From Haliotis cracherodii (taxonomy: Eukaryota), in contig NW_027266275.1 of assembly GCF_022045235.1 (NCBI RefSeq), positions 70,866,001-70,930,000 on the forward strand: 64,000 nt of DNA, given 5' to 3'. Made by a program: the position numbers and the translations under genes. The notes under the pieces are model-generated. The model saw only the letters and a program-made list of their open reading frames with translations. It was not told where the DNA came from and searched no databases. This document shows positions 51,101 through 62,853 of this stretch, in pieces (the stretch's first letter is position 1; each line of letters begins with the position of its first letter).

Positions 51101-53932
51101 ATGATGTTGTGTATTACTGTAGGGTAGCATTGACAAACAAGTTTTACATCCTTTACCTACATAACATAAACATGTGGACATTGATATTATCAACATGTAC
51201 CTAACCTGAAGCATGTAAACATGATATCTATAATGAGTCAGTTTAGTGTCCATGATGTGACTTATGTTTGATATTAAGGCTTATAAAAATGAAAGAATTG
51301 GTTCTCATGCAATGACCATTGAAAATTTTGTGCGGGTGGGCGTTTTTTGTTTTTTTTTGCTGGTTCAAACTAGTATGTAACCAAATATACAGTTGTGTAC
51401 CTTCAACCTGGGAAAGGGCCTCACCACATAAACAAGCATACAAACTCCTTTGCCACCACGGCCATAACACGAGATGCAAAGAAAGCAGTACACATGTAAA
51501 GGGAAGTAACTGCATGCTATATTGGATCGCATTGTTTTTAAGTATTAGGATTTTTTTATTTATTTGAAAATGGAAATATAGACGAAACGTGCAACAGATT
51601 TTATGATGATGCCAGCAGTGACAGTGAAACTACCTCAGTTGTTCTGCCACTCTAAGAGTCTACAGCGATGTAGATATTTTTTCTTTCGTACAATTGTAAC
51701 ATTATTTTTTAACCTATGTCATTCACTTTTTGTCTCAGTGTACATGACATTGTATTTGAACGGGGGTAGTATTGATGCACTGAAATGGGACTACAGATCC
51801 TTAACTGTAGAGACTGTGAATGAGACTTACACTTTTAATGTTCAGTGTTCATGATGTTGATATATGCCACCTCTTCACCATGTAACCTCCTGTTTCAGAT
51901 GGCCCTGTAAGCAATGAGTCTCCAGTCAAACTGCCCTTCCCCTTCAAGCCGACAGTCGACCCGTCCATACTCACCAACTGCCAGGCAGCCCTAGCAAGTC
52001 AGTTTGGGTTTCAAGTAGATCTACAAGTTATTCGTGAAGCTCTCTGTGAATTTTATGCTATCTTCAGTGAGTTCTGCTGTTATGATATATATGTTATGTC
52101 CATCGCATTAAACATGTTTAAGTAGGTCCATGAATAGGTGTAAATCTTACTATTAAGGGGAGATAACTAATGTGTACCACAATGTTTTAAATGATCTCTA
52201 AGGCAGCTAAATGAGACTTGTTTGTTCTCATATGGTGATTGAGATTTGATGCAGCCATCATATATGTATGCAACCAGCCATGGGGATTCAGGGCCCCAAG
52301 CAACCAGTGCTGTTCAAAAGTGGCAACAAAATGGATTGGGTGGTCAGGTTTGGCTGTGTGATATGCATGCATTGTTGCACTCAATATCAATCACTACTGA
52401 CTGGTCCAGATTTACAGGCCATTGTCATATAGCTGGAATATTGCTGGTGTTACACAACAAACAACAAACAAGAAAAACATGTTGGAAAGCTGCCAAAACC
52501 AGTCCTGAGATAAATTTTTTGATATTGTATCCTGTAATGGAGAAAAAGAAACATTCAGAAAACTTGCACTGTCCTATTAATGAGTTACAAGTGTTGAGCT
52601 AAAATTTATAACATCTCAGTATGTATTTATCATACCATACAAGCCTGCATGTTCCTCTTCGATATGAAGTTTAACATCTGCTAGTGGTGCCAAAGTCACA
52701 TGCCAAAACATATGGCCATAGGTCATTTCAACATGATGGCCCATTGCTAAAGAACAATTTGCTACAAGAAAGCCGAGAAACAGAAAATATGACTAACTTT
52801 AAACAGACACTCAAAGCCTGTCTCTTCAAGAGAGCCTTTGACTCGATCAATTATGGTCTAAGCGTGTTTGAGCAGTTGTAAATTGGAAAATGCGCTATAC
52901 AACTACTTTGTTCAATTTATTTAATTATGAAGTAGAATTAACATGTAAACATAATTATGATACACAGGTGACAAATGACCTGACAGGTTCCTTTTCCCCA
53001 CTCTTGATGTGACGTATATGGATGTCTGTATGTCTGTACACTAAGCCTGATGGTGTTGCGTTACAGACAGCTACCCCAACTATGACCTGCTGGTGGGATG
53101 GATGCTGACAACAAAGAAAGAGTTTCAGATGGTGAGGGAGATGAGGAGCAACATCCACAGTCAGGAGGTGACCCTGGAGCACAAGGACCAGCAGATACAT
53201 GAACAGGGGCAGCAGATACATGAACAGGGGCAGCAGATACATGAACAGGGGCAGCAGATACATGAACAGGGGCAGCAGCTGGGGGAGTTATCCAGTAAAG
53301 ATGAAGAAATCTATCAGCTTAAATTGAAACTTAATTTACAAAACCAGCATATCATTCAGATCGCTCATCAAAACCAACAGATCACTCATCAAAACCAACA
53401 GATCACTCAGCAAAACCAACAGATCACTCAGCAGCTGAACCAGAGGAACAGGTTAATCAGCAACAAGAATGAAATACTTCAAGTACAGGGTGGAAGTAAG
53501 TGTATTTTACACTGGTAGTACTTTGAATATTGTTAGCGCGGCTGGTCAGAAACCAGATTTCATAAACCTCTCCAGTCTATGAGTTTTTCCACCTAGATTT
53601 TACCAAGATCTAGCCTTTATGTTTACGAGGAAATAAGGTTCTTAAGTAAATGGTACACTATTGTGTTAACAATAAATGATCTCAAGATGTTGCTGTTGAA
53701 TCTGCCCCAATATCCTTATGAAAACTATATGTGAGAAAGCGACAGGTTTGTATTTCTGTAGAATACTTGTAAACAATGTGGTTATGTTGATCCCATCTCC
53801 CGACATGACCTATACAATCGGTCTCCTCTATTTCCAGGAATTGACCAGCTGGAGGAGGACAACATCAGGAAGCAGAACTTGGTCATGCAGCTCCGGCGGG
53901 AGTTGCAGGTGTCCACATCCCGGCGAGGATGA
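48105..53932 (+). CDS. Baculoviral IAP repeat-containing protein (IAP/BIRC family), ~621 aa: 3 BIR + UBA-like + coiled coil; exons 48105-49083, 49966-50129, 50982-51012, 51899-52066, 53067-53495, 53838-53932
   Basis: Three BIR motifs (R..[ST]F...GF[YI]...CxxC...H-x6-C). BIR3 is split by a phase-1 intron (AGFYYTG|TFDKVACFTC...HAKHSPSC). All six exons join in frame with GT-AG sites and total 1866 nt. Exons 3-6 are less certain than exons 1-2. Confidence 0.85.
52670..52905 (+). mobile_element. L2-clade LINE 3' fragment in an IAP intron
   Basis: Translates LVVPKSHAKTYGHRSF...FKQTLKACLFKRAF, the typical L2 ORF2 C-terminus. It is followed by an agcgtgtttgagca...gcgctata tail. Confidence 0.75.
53189..53430 (+). 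repeat. Two coding 21-bp (heptad) repeat blocks in the IAP exon
   Basis: cagcagatacatgaacagggg x4 (QQIHEQG) and catcaaaaccaacagatcact x~3 (HQNQQIT). Confidence 0.9.
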
Positions 53933-54328
53933 ACCTCAGATCCAGGGACACTTTCATCTGTTGCTCCGGCGGGAGTTGCAGGTGTCCACATCCCGGCGAG
54001 GATGAACCTCAGATCCAGGGACACTTTCATCTGTTGCTCCGGCGGGAGTTGCAGGTGTCCACATCCCGGCGAGGATGAACCTCAGATCCAGGGACACCTT
54101 CATCTGTAGCTCCGGCGGCAGTTGCAGGTGTCCACATCCCGGCGAGGATGAACCTCAGATCCAGGGACACTTTCATCTGTTGCTCAGGCGGGAGTTGCAG
54201 GTGTCCACATCCCGGCGAGGATGAACCTCAGATCCAGGGACACCTTCATCTGTAGCTCCGGCGGGAGTTGCAGGTGTCCACATCGCGGCAAGGATGAACC
54301 TAGATCCAGGGACATCTCATCTCTAGCT
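53891..54328. repeat. 73-bp tandem repeat x6 overlapping the IAP stop codon
   Basis: Unit starts at 53891, 53964, 54037, 54110, 54183 and 54256, with a diverged copy at ~54410-54480. Confidence 0.93.
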
Positions 54329-54613
54329 ATAACAGGAGTGAAATCCTTCTCTTGCAGAGTCTGAGAGTCAGATCCAGGTAACATCTTCATGTGTGTACAA
54401 ACAACATCAGTCATGCAGCTACAGAAGGAGTTACAGGTGTCCTTCTCTCCAACAAGGATGAGCGTCACATCGAGAAGGATACTGGGCAGGTTATCTGTAG
54501 TTGTGAACTCATATATCTTTTCGTTGTGAAAAACATTTTTGAGGGTGTTATTTTATTCATATGGTTCAGTTCACACATGTTGGGTAATCATTGTCATATG
54601 ATCTATGTTGATA

Positions 54614-54616
<3 letters not shown>

Positions 54617-54666
<50 letters not shown>
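54617..54666. repeat. (AT)n microsatellite
   Basis: Seen directly. Confidence 0.95.
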
Positions 54667-54668
<2 letters not shown>

Positions 54669-57600
54669 CTGCAATCCCGGTGAAAAGATATTGTGGATTA
54701 TCAGCTCATGTAGTCACCTAATTCATCATATTATTCGTATTTTATGAAATGCATATCTTAGGTAAATATCCTTCTCTCAAACATCAAAATTCAACCATGA
54801 GCATGATGAGATTGTCCAGATGAAACGGCTGTTCTATTTAACTGAATGCCAGAGTTATTGTAAACTAACACACCATCTCTTGCTCAGTGCATAATGGCGG
54901 GTACACATATACATACCATTGTTAAGGCACAGAGTTGGTAAAGAACATCCAACACAAAACCAAATGGAAACTTATCAAGTGGTTCACAGAGCAGGCTGCT
55001 GTGACATCATAGTATGATCATACAATGGTATACCAGTTGTTGACCTCCTGCATGTTTTGCATATATTTATGACATATTATGTATAAGCATATGATTTTGT
55101 TTGTGTGGAATATATTTGTTAGACAGTGGAATATAAACGTGAAAGATCAAACAGGAAATTCAGTCTGCTTTGGAAAGAATGTCTCATGAAAGGAATAGTT
55201 TCCCATACTTTCATACTGTTGAGAACTTATTTAGGGTGTTTATGTTAACAATGTTTCCTGACAATAAGAACTATGCTTGTTAAGAAGTTGTCAATTTAAT
55301 GTTTCTTATTGTGACCAGATTGTGCTTCTAATAAGTTGTGTTCTAGTTGTACTTAATTGATGGCAGCACCCTCCAAACTTACTTCTGAACAAAACCCACA
55401 TACTGCAGTGTGAACAGCTTACCTGGAATATAGTTGAAGTCTTGACAGCTGAAACAACCCCAAAACACCAACTGTTGACTTAATTTGATACTATGAGTAT
55501 GGCACCTTGAGGTCATGTTTTTTATTAAATGATTTAATAAGAGCACATATTATAGAGTGGAAGATATGAAATTAGTTTTGAAAAACCAATGTTCACCATA
55601 ATTAATTTGATTGCATCACTAGTCATTCCCTATGATGTGAATTACAGCTCCTGGATGTGAGAAGTGTCATATTTTCATGTATTGAATCGTGTATCATTAT
55701 AACCTTACAACTGAGGTACATCGCAGCAAGTTAACAAATACCACTACAGCACAGTTTTATCCACTGCTGTTACCAAACCCAGATTAGATACAGCGATAGA
55801 TCCCTCTCACAATCACTTCAGTAGGCGTTACAAACCTGACTTTTAATCTTTAATAACCAAAGTACTGTCAAGTGTTATGTTCTTTCAAGTTGTAATGTTT
55901 AGCTAATATAACGAGCCAGGGACATTTTATGGGCGCTTCGGTGACTTTAGAAATGTACCAGCTGAAACAATCAATTGGTTGTTCATACATTCTGGTAAGT
56001 ACTACTGTTCAGTTGTACAGACATACATTATATTCTTGCTTTTGTTGTTGAATAGAAGATGAACTAATATGCAGAATGAATTGTGCATTTGTAATATATT
56101 TCCTAAGGGAGATAACTAATCTATATTATAGACCATCATTTACTATTGCAGGTCCATGCTTTGTATAGTTAATATAAACTTTTTGTATGATAATTTTTTT
56201 TAAATATTTCTTTTGAATGCATTTTTGTTAAGCTTTGAAAGATTTTATGATAACAAACAATAATATATAGATCTACTTAGGCATATTCAATATGTATTTT
56301 ATGTTTTCCTGTATGTTGTTTCCAGACATAGGGTATTTCATGCTTGAATAGGGCAGAAATTTAGGTTTTGGCGACCTACACAATTCATTGAAACCGAACC
56401 TTGTTGAGATATTATGTATATATTTAAATGTTATTGATAAAAAGGTCAGTGTGTACAATGTTGTGTTACTCAAAGCCTATTCATGTTAATAACAAACTGT
56501 TATATTATTTTGAACCAATTTTATCATAGTGCTGACCAGAGACATCATTTCTTGTTAAAGAATCTAGATATCTGAATAGCCATCACCATCTTGTATAAAT
56601 ACATACGTCTTATGAACTCGTAATGATAAGTCTGTCACGTTTGTCACTAACAGGGTGTATGGAATTGTTAGCTGAACATTTGTTAGACCCGTCAACCTTC
56701 AGTGTCATGGTGTACAAGTCCATTAAGCTTTTATAATCCTGTACACCCTTCCAGTGACACATGTACATATATTTTAATAGAACCAATGTACATATGTTCT
56801 TCTATCTTATTGACATTATCATTACCTGTATGTACATATGTGTATATGTAGAGCATCAGACAGTGCTATCTATCTTCATGCTGATCAGTGTTCAATGTTG
56901 TCTCTTGGTAGTCGACCCTCCCACACACCAGGTCTGGGTACACAGATCATCACTCCCTAGTTCAGGCAGATGCTGTATACTGCTGGGATGTTGCTGACTA
57001 CATCGTAAAACTACAAGGAAGTCTAGTATTTGAACCATCTATCTGTAACAGATGATCCATCATTCACATATTAACACAAGATGAGGATTGGATAGTCAGT
57101 ATCATTTTGGTTAATTACTTAAATCTAGAGTGAGTGAGTCAGTGAGTTGGGTTAATTGCTGCTATGAACAGTATTTTAGTTATATCAGGTATTTTGGGCA
57201 AAAGCCCAACATCCCAAAGTGATGGATGTTTACCACTTTTATGAAACCTGCGCAACCTATGCTGCTGACAAAGCGAAGGTCATGATCAGGGAAGATCTGG
57301 ATTCATGCCATGACATTTGCATCCTTGCATGTCTAGGGGATGCAACTCTGTACAACTTGCAACACCTTCCACAACTGGGACACACTTAAACCTGGAGATT
57401 TCGTCCATTCAGTTGAAATATTTTAGTGATTGTCATCAATGTGAAACAGGTACACTTATATCTCCTAGTCACCTATAGTATACAGACTGGTGGTGTTGTG
57501 GGGGGCCTCTACTGTCTGTCTTCCTTCCATTCTTTACATTAGGACCTACTGGAGTGCTGTTGTCTTCCGACTGGTTCATGTGGCCTGTTCTGTTTCATCA

Positions 57601-59194
57601 TACACTACCACATGTGTTCTGTGATGGTTCAGTATCTCACAACTAAGGCAGCAATAATCACCCATTGTTAGTCCCTATTGATTCAACAACGTGAATACAT
57701 ATTGTCAAGGTTAACATGAATGTTCATCGAGGGTACAATGTATTGATCATTTCGTTTCATGGAAAGAGGCAGCAGTACAAATATCATTTATCGAGTTCAA
57801 GTATGGAATATTAGAGTCCTCGGGTTCATCATATGAGTAATACCTACTAGAACATTGCTATCTCTTCACTCTGTCTCCCTCTTCTTTCAAGAGGTCAGCG
57901 TATTTCTGGGACTCCTCTTAGACATTCTGTTTACACACAAGGGGTTCAAGTTCCATCTTAATGGTAACCTATTACCTTTTACACTGAACGTTTTGATACT
58001 GTTGAGAGTATTTGTATTGAATTTTAAATGGGTATTTTACATTTTAATGAACACATTTTGTATACTTGATGATATATTTTGTGTGACATTTTTGTTAATG
58101 TATTTAACACATTTTAACAACATTTAATGTTTTTAAAACAAATCATCTAGAATATTTTGAACAACATCTTGTCATGTTTTTGGAACAATTCACCTTGAAT
58201 ATTGTGAATTCTTTTTCTTCCATTCTATGAACTCTCTTTCTCTCTCATCTACATCTGTAGTTTGTATATATCTTGTGAAATAAACAATTTAATAAATATT
58301 TTTGTTACCGATTTATTTCTCTTGACTCTTGACGAGTTGCTCAGCTCGTCATTCTGTGTCGTCCATTAAGTCCACTGCCATCTCATTATTGAAGTTCAAC
58401 TACGACCAACATGTTATTCCAGCCAGGCTTACCTCGACAGAAAGGCTCGAACACAAATCCTGTGAATTAATGTAACGGTGGCTAGATAATGTAACCAAAG
58501 AGTCACGAATCTCTACACTGATTTAATGTAAACCATTACCTGCGCTTGGATTATCAAACTTCAAACATGTCAGCATCACTCTGCCATCACGTGGTCGAAT
58601 GTTCCAAACATACCCAGTTCTAAAGAAAGATCGAGGCGACAAAATACCTACTAAAATATACAGCAGACACATTCATACAGAATTTACATGCCACTCCTAA
58701 TAGAGAAAGTAGAACTCTGCTTCTAATTGTTTCTCGAAGTAAATATATTGTTCGAACATCCCACCATGTCAAAGTCTGGATTTAGTAATAGTTAGACAGC
58801 GCGCAACATCACATTTGTCAATACTATAGCATGCCGTCCCCTCCTAAACTGCACTGCTGCGAAGAATCCACAGGATTTTAATAATGAAAAGCTGTCGCCG
58901 TATCAGCGTCCTTCACAAGATTGATTCATGCTGTTCGAAATGAAAATTCATACAAGGTTTAAAGTTCAAAAGATTCAAATGACTTTTTAAGAGACCTAGG
59001 ATATCACACTAGTATTTAATACTTCACCAATGTATTGAGGTCAGCATTTGCTGATGAACGATTTCAAGACGTAAGTTTATGTACATGTAAATATTGTCTT
59101 TGGGATTTAGGAGAATACGGTAATTTTAAGTCTTTGAAAGGCAATTAGAAGTTATACACACAAGGAAGAGAATTTATGGATATCATCTTTTTTA

Positions 59195-59250
59195 TTATGA
59201 GGAACACAGCGTTTTGGAATATATACTTACTCCTTCATCAGTGAATAAAT
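59195..59250 (-). ncRNA. Degenerate minimal hammerhead-ribozyme motif of Penelope pLTR type
   Basis: The minus strand reads ca-CUGAUGA-aggagu-aaguauau-auucc-AAAA-cgcugug...AAUAAA. The GAAA core is mutated to AAAA. Confidence 0.4.
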
Positions 59251-59393
59251 GCTATAAGCCAACAGATAATTTGAGCTGATAGGTAATTAGCAAAGGACAA
59301 ATGGAAGCTAACACTTAACAGTAAATCAGCGCTGATATTTGATAGCAACGGACAACTGGAAGCCAGGACTTCAATTATCACTGATTGGTAATA

Positions 59394-59646
59394 GTGAGTG
59401 AGTGAGTTGGATTTAACGCCGCTTTTAACAGTATTCCAGTTATTTCAGGGCGTGTCAGCTTAACTTGGGAGGAAAGCCCGAAGTGATGCAGGTCTAAGAC
59501 GTTTACCACTTCGGTATGGTGCTGACAAACCTAGAGACATAATCGGGGCGAAACGGGATTCGAACCCACTATCATAGGTTTCAAGGGACGCAACTCTGCA
59601 CAGCGAATCGCGGCGCCTTAGACTACTGGGGCACCCGTGACCCCGA
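59394..59646 (-). mobile_element. tRNA(Leu-like)-headed SINE copy; other decayed copies ~5655-5820, 21936-22105, 28205-28340, 42997-43220, 57130-57380, 60767-61010
   Basis: Reverse-complement match to 41141-41420. Confidence 0.85.
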
Positions 59647-61027
59647 TTGGTAACAGGACATTCACAATAGGCAAGAGGGAGGCCGGGGGTAATTAGCACT
59701 GATAGATAATAGAATGGAAATGACAATGGAATCCAGCTGGATAATTAGGAACGACAATGATCAAAGCAATAAATCAAAAGCACTGGGCAGATAGGTTCAC
59801 GAGAACGGTTCATGTCTTCCCGCGTCACAAATCGTTCCAAATTAATGTTCAGGTAGGAATGACCATTTTGCATCTGAAACAGTGACCCTATAAATATCCT
59901 GTCTCTAAAATGGTCCAGGGTCGCCAAAATATTAAACTGTTGGTCACTTACCAATGAATTTATTAGACCACAGTTACGTTTACTTCGACTATTGTTGTAA
60001 TGTGTACTGATAATTATGTAAAGGTTAGAGCTCCATGATCCCATGATCCTGTGCCTCACTATTGAAGTGATTAAAGCCCGAGCGCGGTGAAACTCGGCAT
60101 CTAACATATTTTATATTCGTATTTTACAAAGCCATTCAAGAATTCTATGTTTAGTTCTGAGGACACGGTGTTTCCTGCCCCAACGTCATACACAACAATC
60201 CGAACTTACACTTCGTTGATGGCGTGTCAGATATGACGTCCCTGGCAACATTGCAAATTGTATTGAGCCAACCTGAGTACTTTTCTCAGTCAGATAAATA
60301 CTGTAAAACGTGAAATTAATGCGTCTCCAAAAGAATGCGACCGCTGGCCCCTAGCCAAAAATGCGACTCAATATGAATGCGACACCCCCCCTCCTCTCAA
60401 GTATATCTTGCCCATATGGATGTGCTATAATGAGAAAAGATACATCCTTAATTAAGCAAAACACATTTTTATCTATCTGCTCGGTTTGTTTTTTTCAACG
60501 AAATGTCATCAAATTCACACAGCGTTAAGTTTATACATACACTTGCGTGATAATGCATTGTATAAAACACAAATATTCCAAATCATTATTTTTAATGATA
60601 AATGTTGCTTCCATCGAAGTTCTTTCGTGACAACTTTGCAGAAATCTACATTAGTTAAACTTAGGTGCGTGTCCGAATCTCACAAGAGAAACACCTTCTT
60701 CGCCTTAAACCTTAAGGTCAGACACACATTTACATATTGTCCTGGTACGTACAAACTTCAGGGTAAGTGAGTTGGCTAGGTTAACGAGTGACGCTGCTTA
60801 TCAGTACTTCACTTATATCACAGCACGCCAGCTAAATGGGGCCATGGTGGACACGTCAGAAGTAACGCAGATCGCAGACGATTACTATTGTGGTTAATTT
60901 AAGTTACCTTGATAACTCAATTACAATCACAACCAAGCGGATCCATGCACGACTAAGGGATGCAACTCTGCACAACGAACCACTCCTTGGTCCACTGGAT
61001 CACCCATGTCCCCTAAACATTTATTCC

Positions 61028-62467
61028 CTAACAGAAGTTAATCAAACTATTTTTCACATCCGCAGACAAATGGTGAAAACCATTGGTGTACATGCCAATC
61101 AGATCCCACTTTTTAAACACATACTTTAAATGAGAAGTATAGGATAGCACGACGCCAACACTGTTTAATCTAGAAACTGAGATCTTTCCCTTTCCAGGGC
61201 AGTGGTGCTTAAGGGTTCTAAAGTCTGTGGCCTTTACGTCAGTGATGGATCTTAGTATCCCCGTCACGTACACGTCATCCATAGCAACAAAACGCGTCAC
61301 AGAGGAGGCATTGTAAAGCTTTGACAAAACATCCACGGACACAATGTAAGCAAATCCTTGACAGAAATCAGGCCACGTATCAAAGGGATACATTGTTCTG
61401 GGAACATAATATTTTTTACTTGATTTCCTCTGTGGCACAAACCCTTTAAATACGGTGCATATCAACTGATCAGTCGTTTCCTTCAAATGAGTGAGATAGT
61501 TGACAACTACATATGGATTCATAAACATATCATCATCCATCTTCAATACAAAGGCTGCGTGCGGACAATGATTCAGCATCCAGTGATAACCCATTATGTG
61601 TTTGATGCTCAGATTTCTATAAACATCAATGAAATTGCCTTGGATTATGTCTTTAAATTCGTTAGCTTCTCGTACGATACCCTTTTGGAGAGTTGCATTA
61701 TCGGACACTCCGACAGAGAACACAAGAACGACAGTTTTATTCCCCGCTTTACGAATGCTTCCAAAGGTTTCTCGGATTCGACGTCGAAACTTGTAGTGAC
61801 CCAAGGCCGAATGAACAATGGTTAAGAGATACACGTGACCTCTCAGACAGAGGTCAGAGTTCAAGGTGAACTGATACTGATGCAGATTGATAAGAGGATG
61901 CCTCTCTTCATCTTCCTTCAATATGGAGAAGTTGAACAGTCCCGGTATTTGTTCAGTGGTAGGGAGTTTGAATGGAAGACCTTCCACAAAGGTATTGTGA
62001 GACCATTGAGCCCGCAAGTGAGCCCCACTTTGCCTGGTATGACGATCAGATACGTTTAAACTTCTATAACTGGAGGGTGTCTCAGCAACAACTCCTAGTC
62101 TCCTCTTCATTCCCATGAATCGAAGATCTGATTTTTCCAGATTGGTGTGTAAAAGATGGATCTCTCGCTGTTTGTTTGATTCAATGACATATTTGTCATT
62201 TACATTCGCATAGGCATGTATCCCAGCTGTGCCATTAGGTTGAGTTAGGGTCTGGATTGTGATTAAACTTTTATTTTTGAATGATTTCCAATGTTTGTAA
62301 TCTTGGTGCCATTTGGCTCCAATGTTGAGGAGGTCATCGCCAACATGTTTTATCTGCTTGCACGAAATCTTTTGGTATTGCACAATAATCAGTGATCCTA
62401 ATACACACAAGCCCACAATATTCAGCAGATGGACCCTTTTCGTTATTCTTCTAATGAATCCACCCAT
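61028..62467 (-). CDS. Beta-1,3-galactosyltransferase-like (CAZy GT31, Galactosyl_T), type II membrane protein, single coding exon
   Basis: 479-aa ORF with an N-terminal TM anchor. It has the motifs RRRIRETFG, DIIQGNFIDVYRNLSIKH, the DxD motif FVLKMDDD, PDFCQGFAY and DDVYVTG. A splice acceptor (tttcag) just upstream of the ATG implies a non-coding 5' exon. Confidence 0.93.
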   Translation of the reverse strand: MGGFIRRITKRVHLLNIVGLCVLGSLIIVQYQKISCKQIKHVGDDLLNIGAKWHQDYKHWKSFKNKSLITIQTLTQPNGTAGIHAYANVNDKYVIESNKQREIHLLHTNLEKSDLRFMGMKRRLGVVAETPSSYRSLNVSDRHTRQSGAHLRAQWSHNTFVEGLPFKLPTTEQIPGLFNFSILKEDEERHPLINLHQYQFTLNSDLCLRGHVYLLTIVHSALGHYKFRRRIRETFGSIRKAGNKTVVLVFSVGVSDNATLQKGIVREANEFKDIIQGNFIDVYRNLSIKHIMGYHWMLNHCPHAAFVLKMDDDMFMNPYVVVNYLTHLKETTDQLICTVFKGFVPQRKSSKKYYVPRTMYPFDTWPDFCQGFAYIVSVDVLSKLYNASSVTRFVAMDDVYVTGILRSITDVKATDFRTLKHHCPGKGKISVSRLNSVGVVLSYTSHLKYVFKKWDLIGMYTNGFHHLSADVKNSLINFC

Positions 62468-62520
62468 GTTGACTGAAATACAGAAAGGAGAAATATATTG
62501 ACATATTGTAATAGCTCATA

Positions 62521-62853
62521 GTGTTAAACGTCGCGTCCAAGATTATTGCACTTATATAGCGACGTACATGTACGTGTGAGTGTGTTTGTCTGCGTGTAGT
62601 CTGGACTGATGCCGACTTTATAGTGCTAGCCCACTGAGATACCATGCCGCAGTTTAACATGAATACACCACTCAGACACAGTAAACTGACTCCGAGCCGA
62701 CCAGTCCTTGTTTTAGCCCCTTAATGCCGAGCGCCAGATAGGGTAACAACAAGTACCATCTTTTAACGTCTTTTGGTATGACGCGGTCGGAGATCCAACC
62801 CCGACCTTCCGCTCTCCGGGTGGACGCTCTACCACTAGACCACGGAGGCGGTC
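62521..62853 (-). mobile_element. Meta-like SINE copy; others ~8740-8912, 13861-14200, 26741-26908, 30119-30460
   Basis: Reverse-complement match to 28896-29230. Confidence 0.87.

Noticed and set aside
54500-59000. Search for an IAP RING exon
   Set aside because: No CxxC...CxH...CxxC pattern with splice sites was seen by eye.
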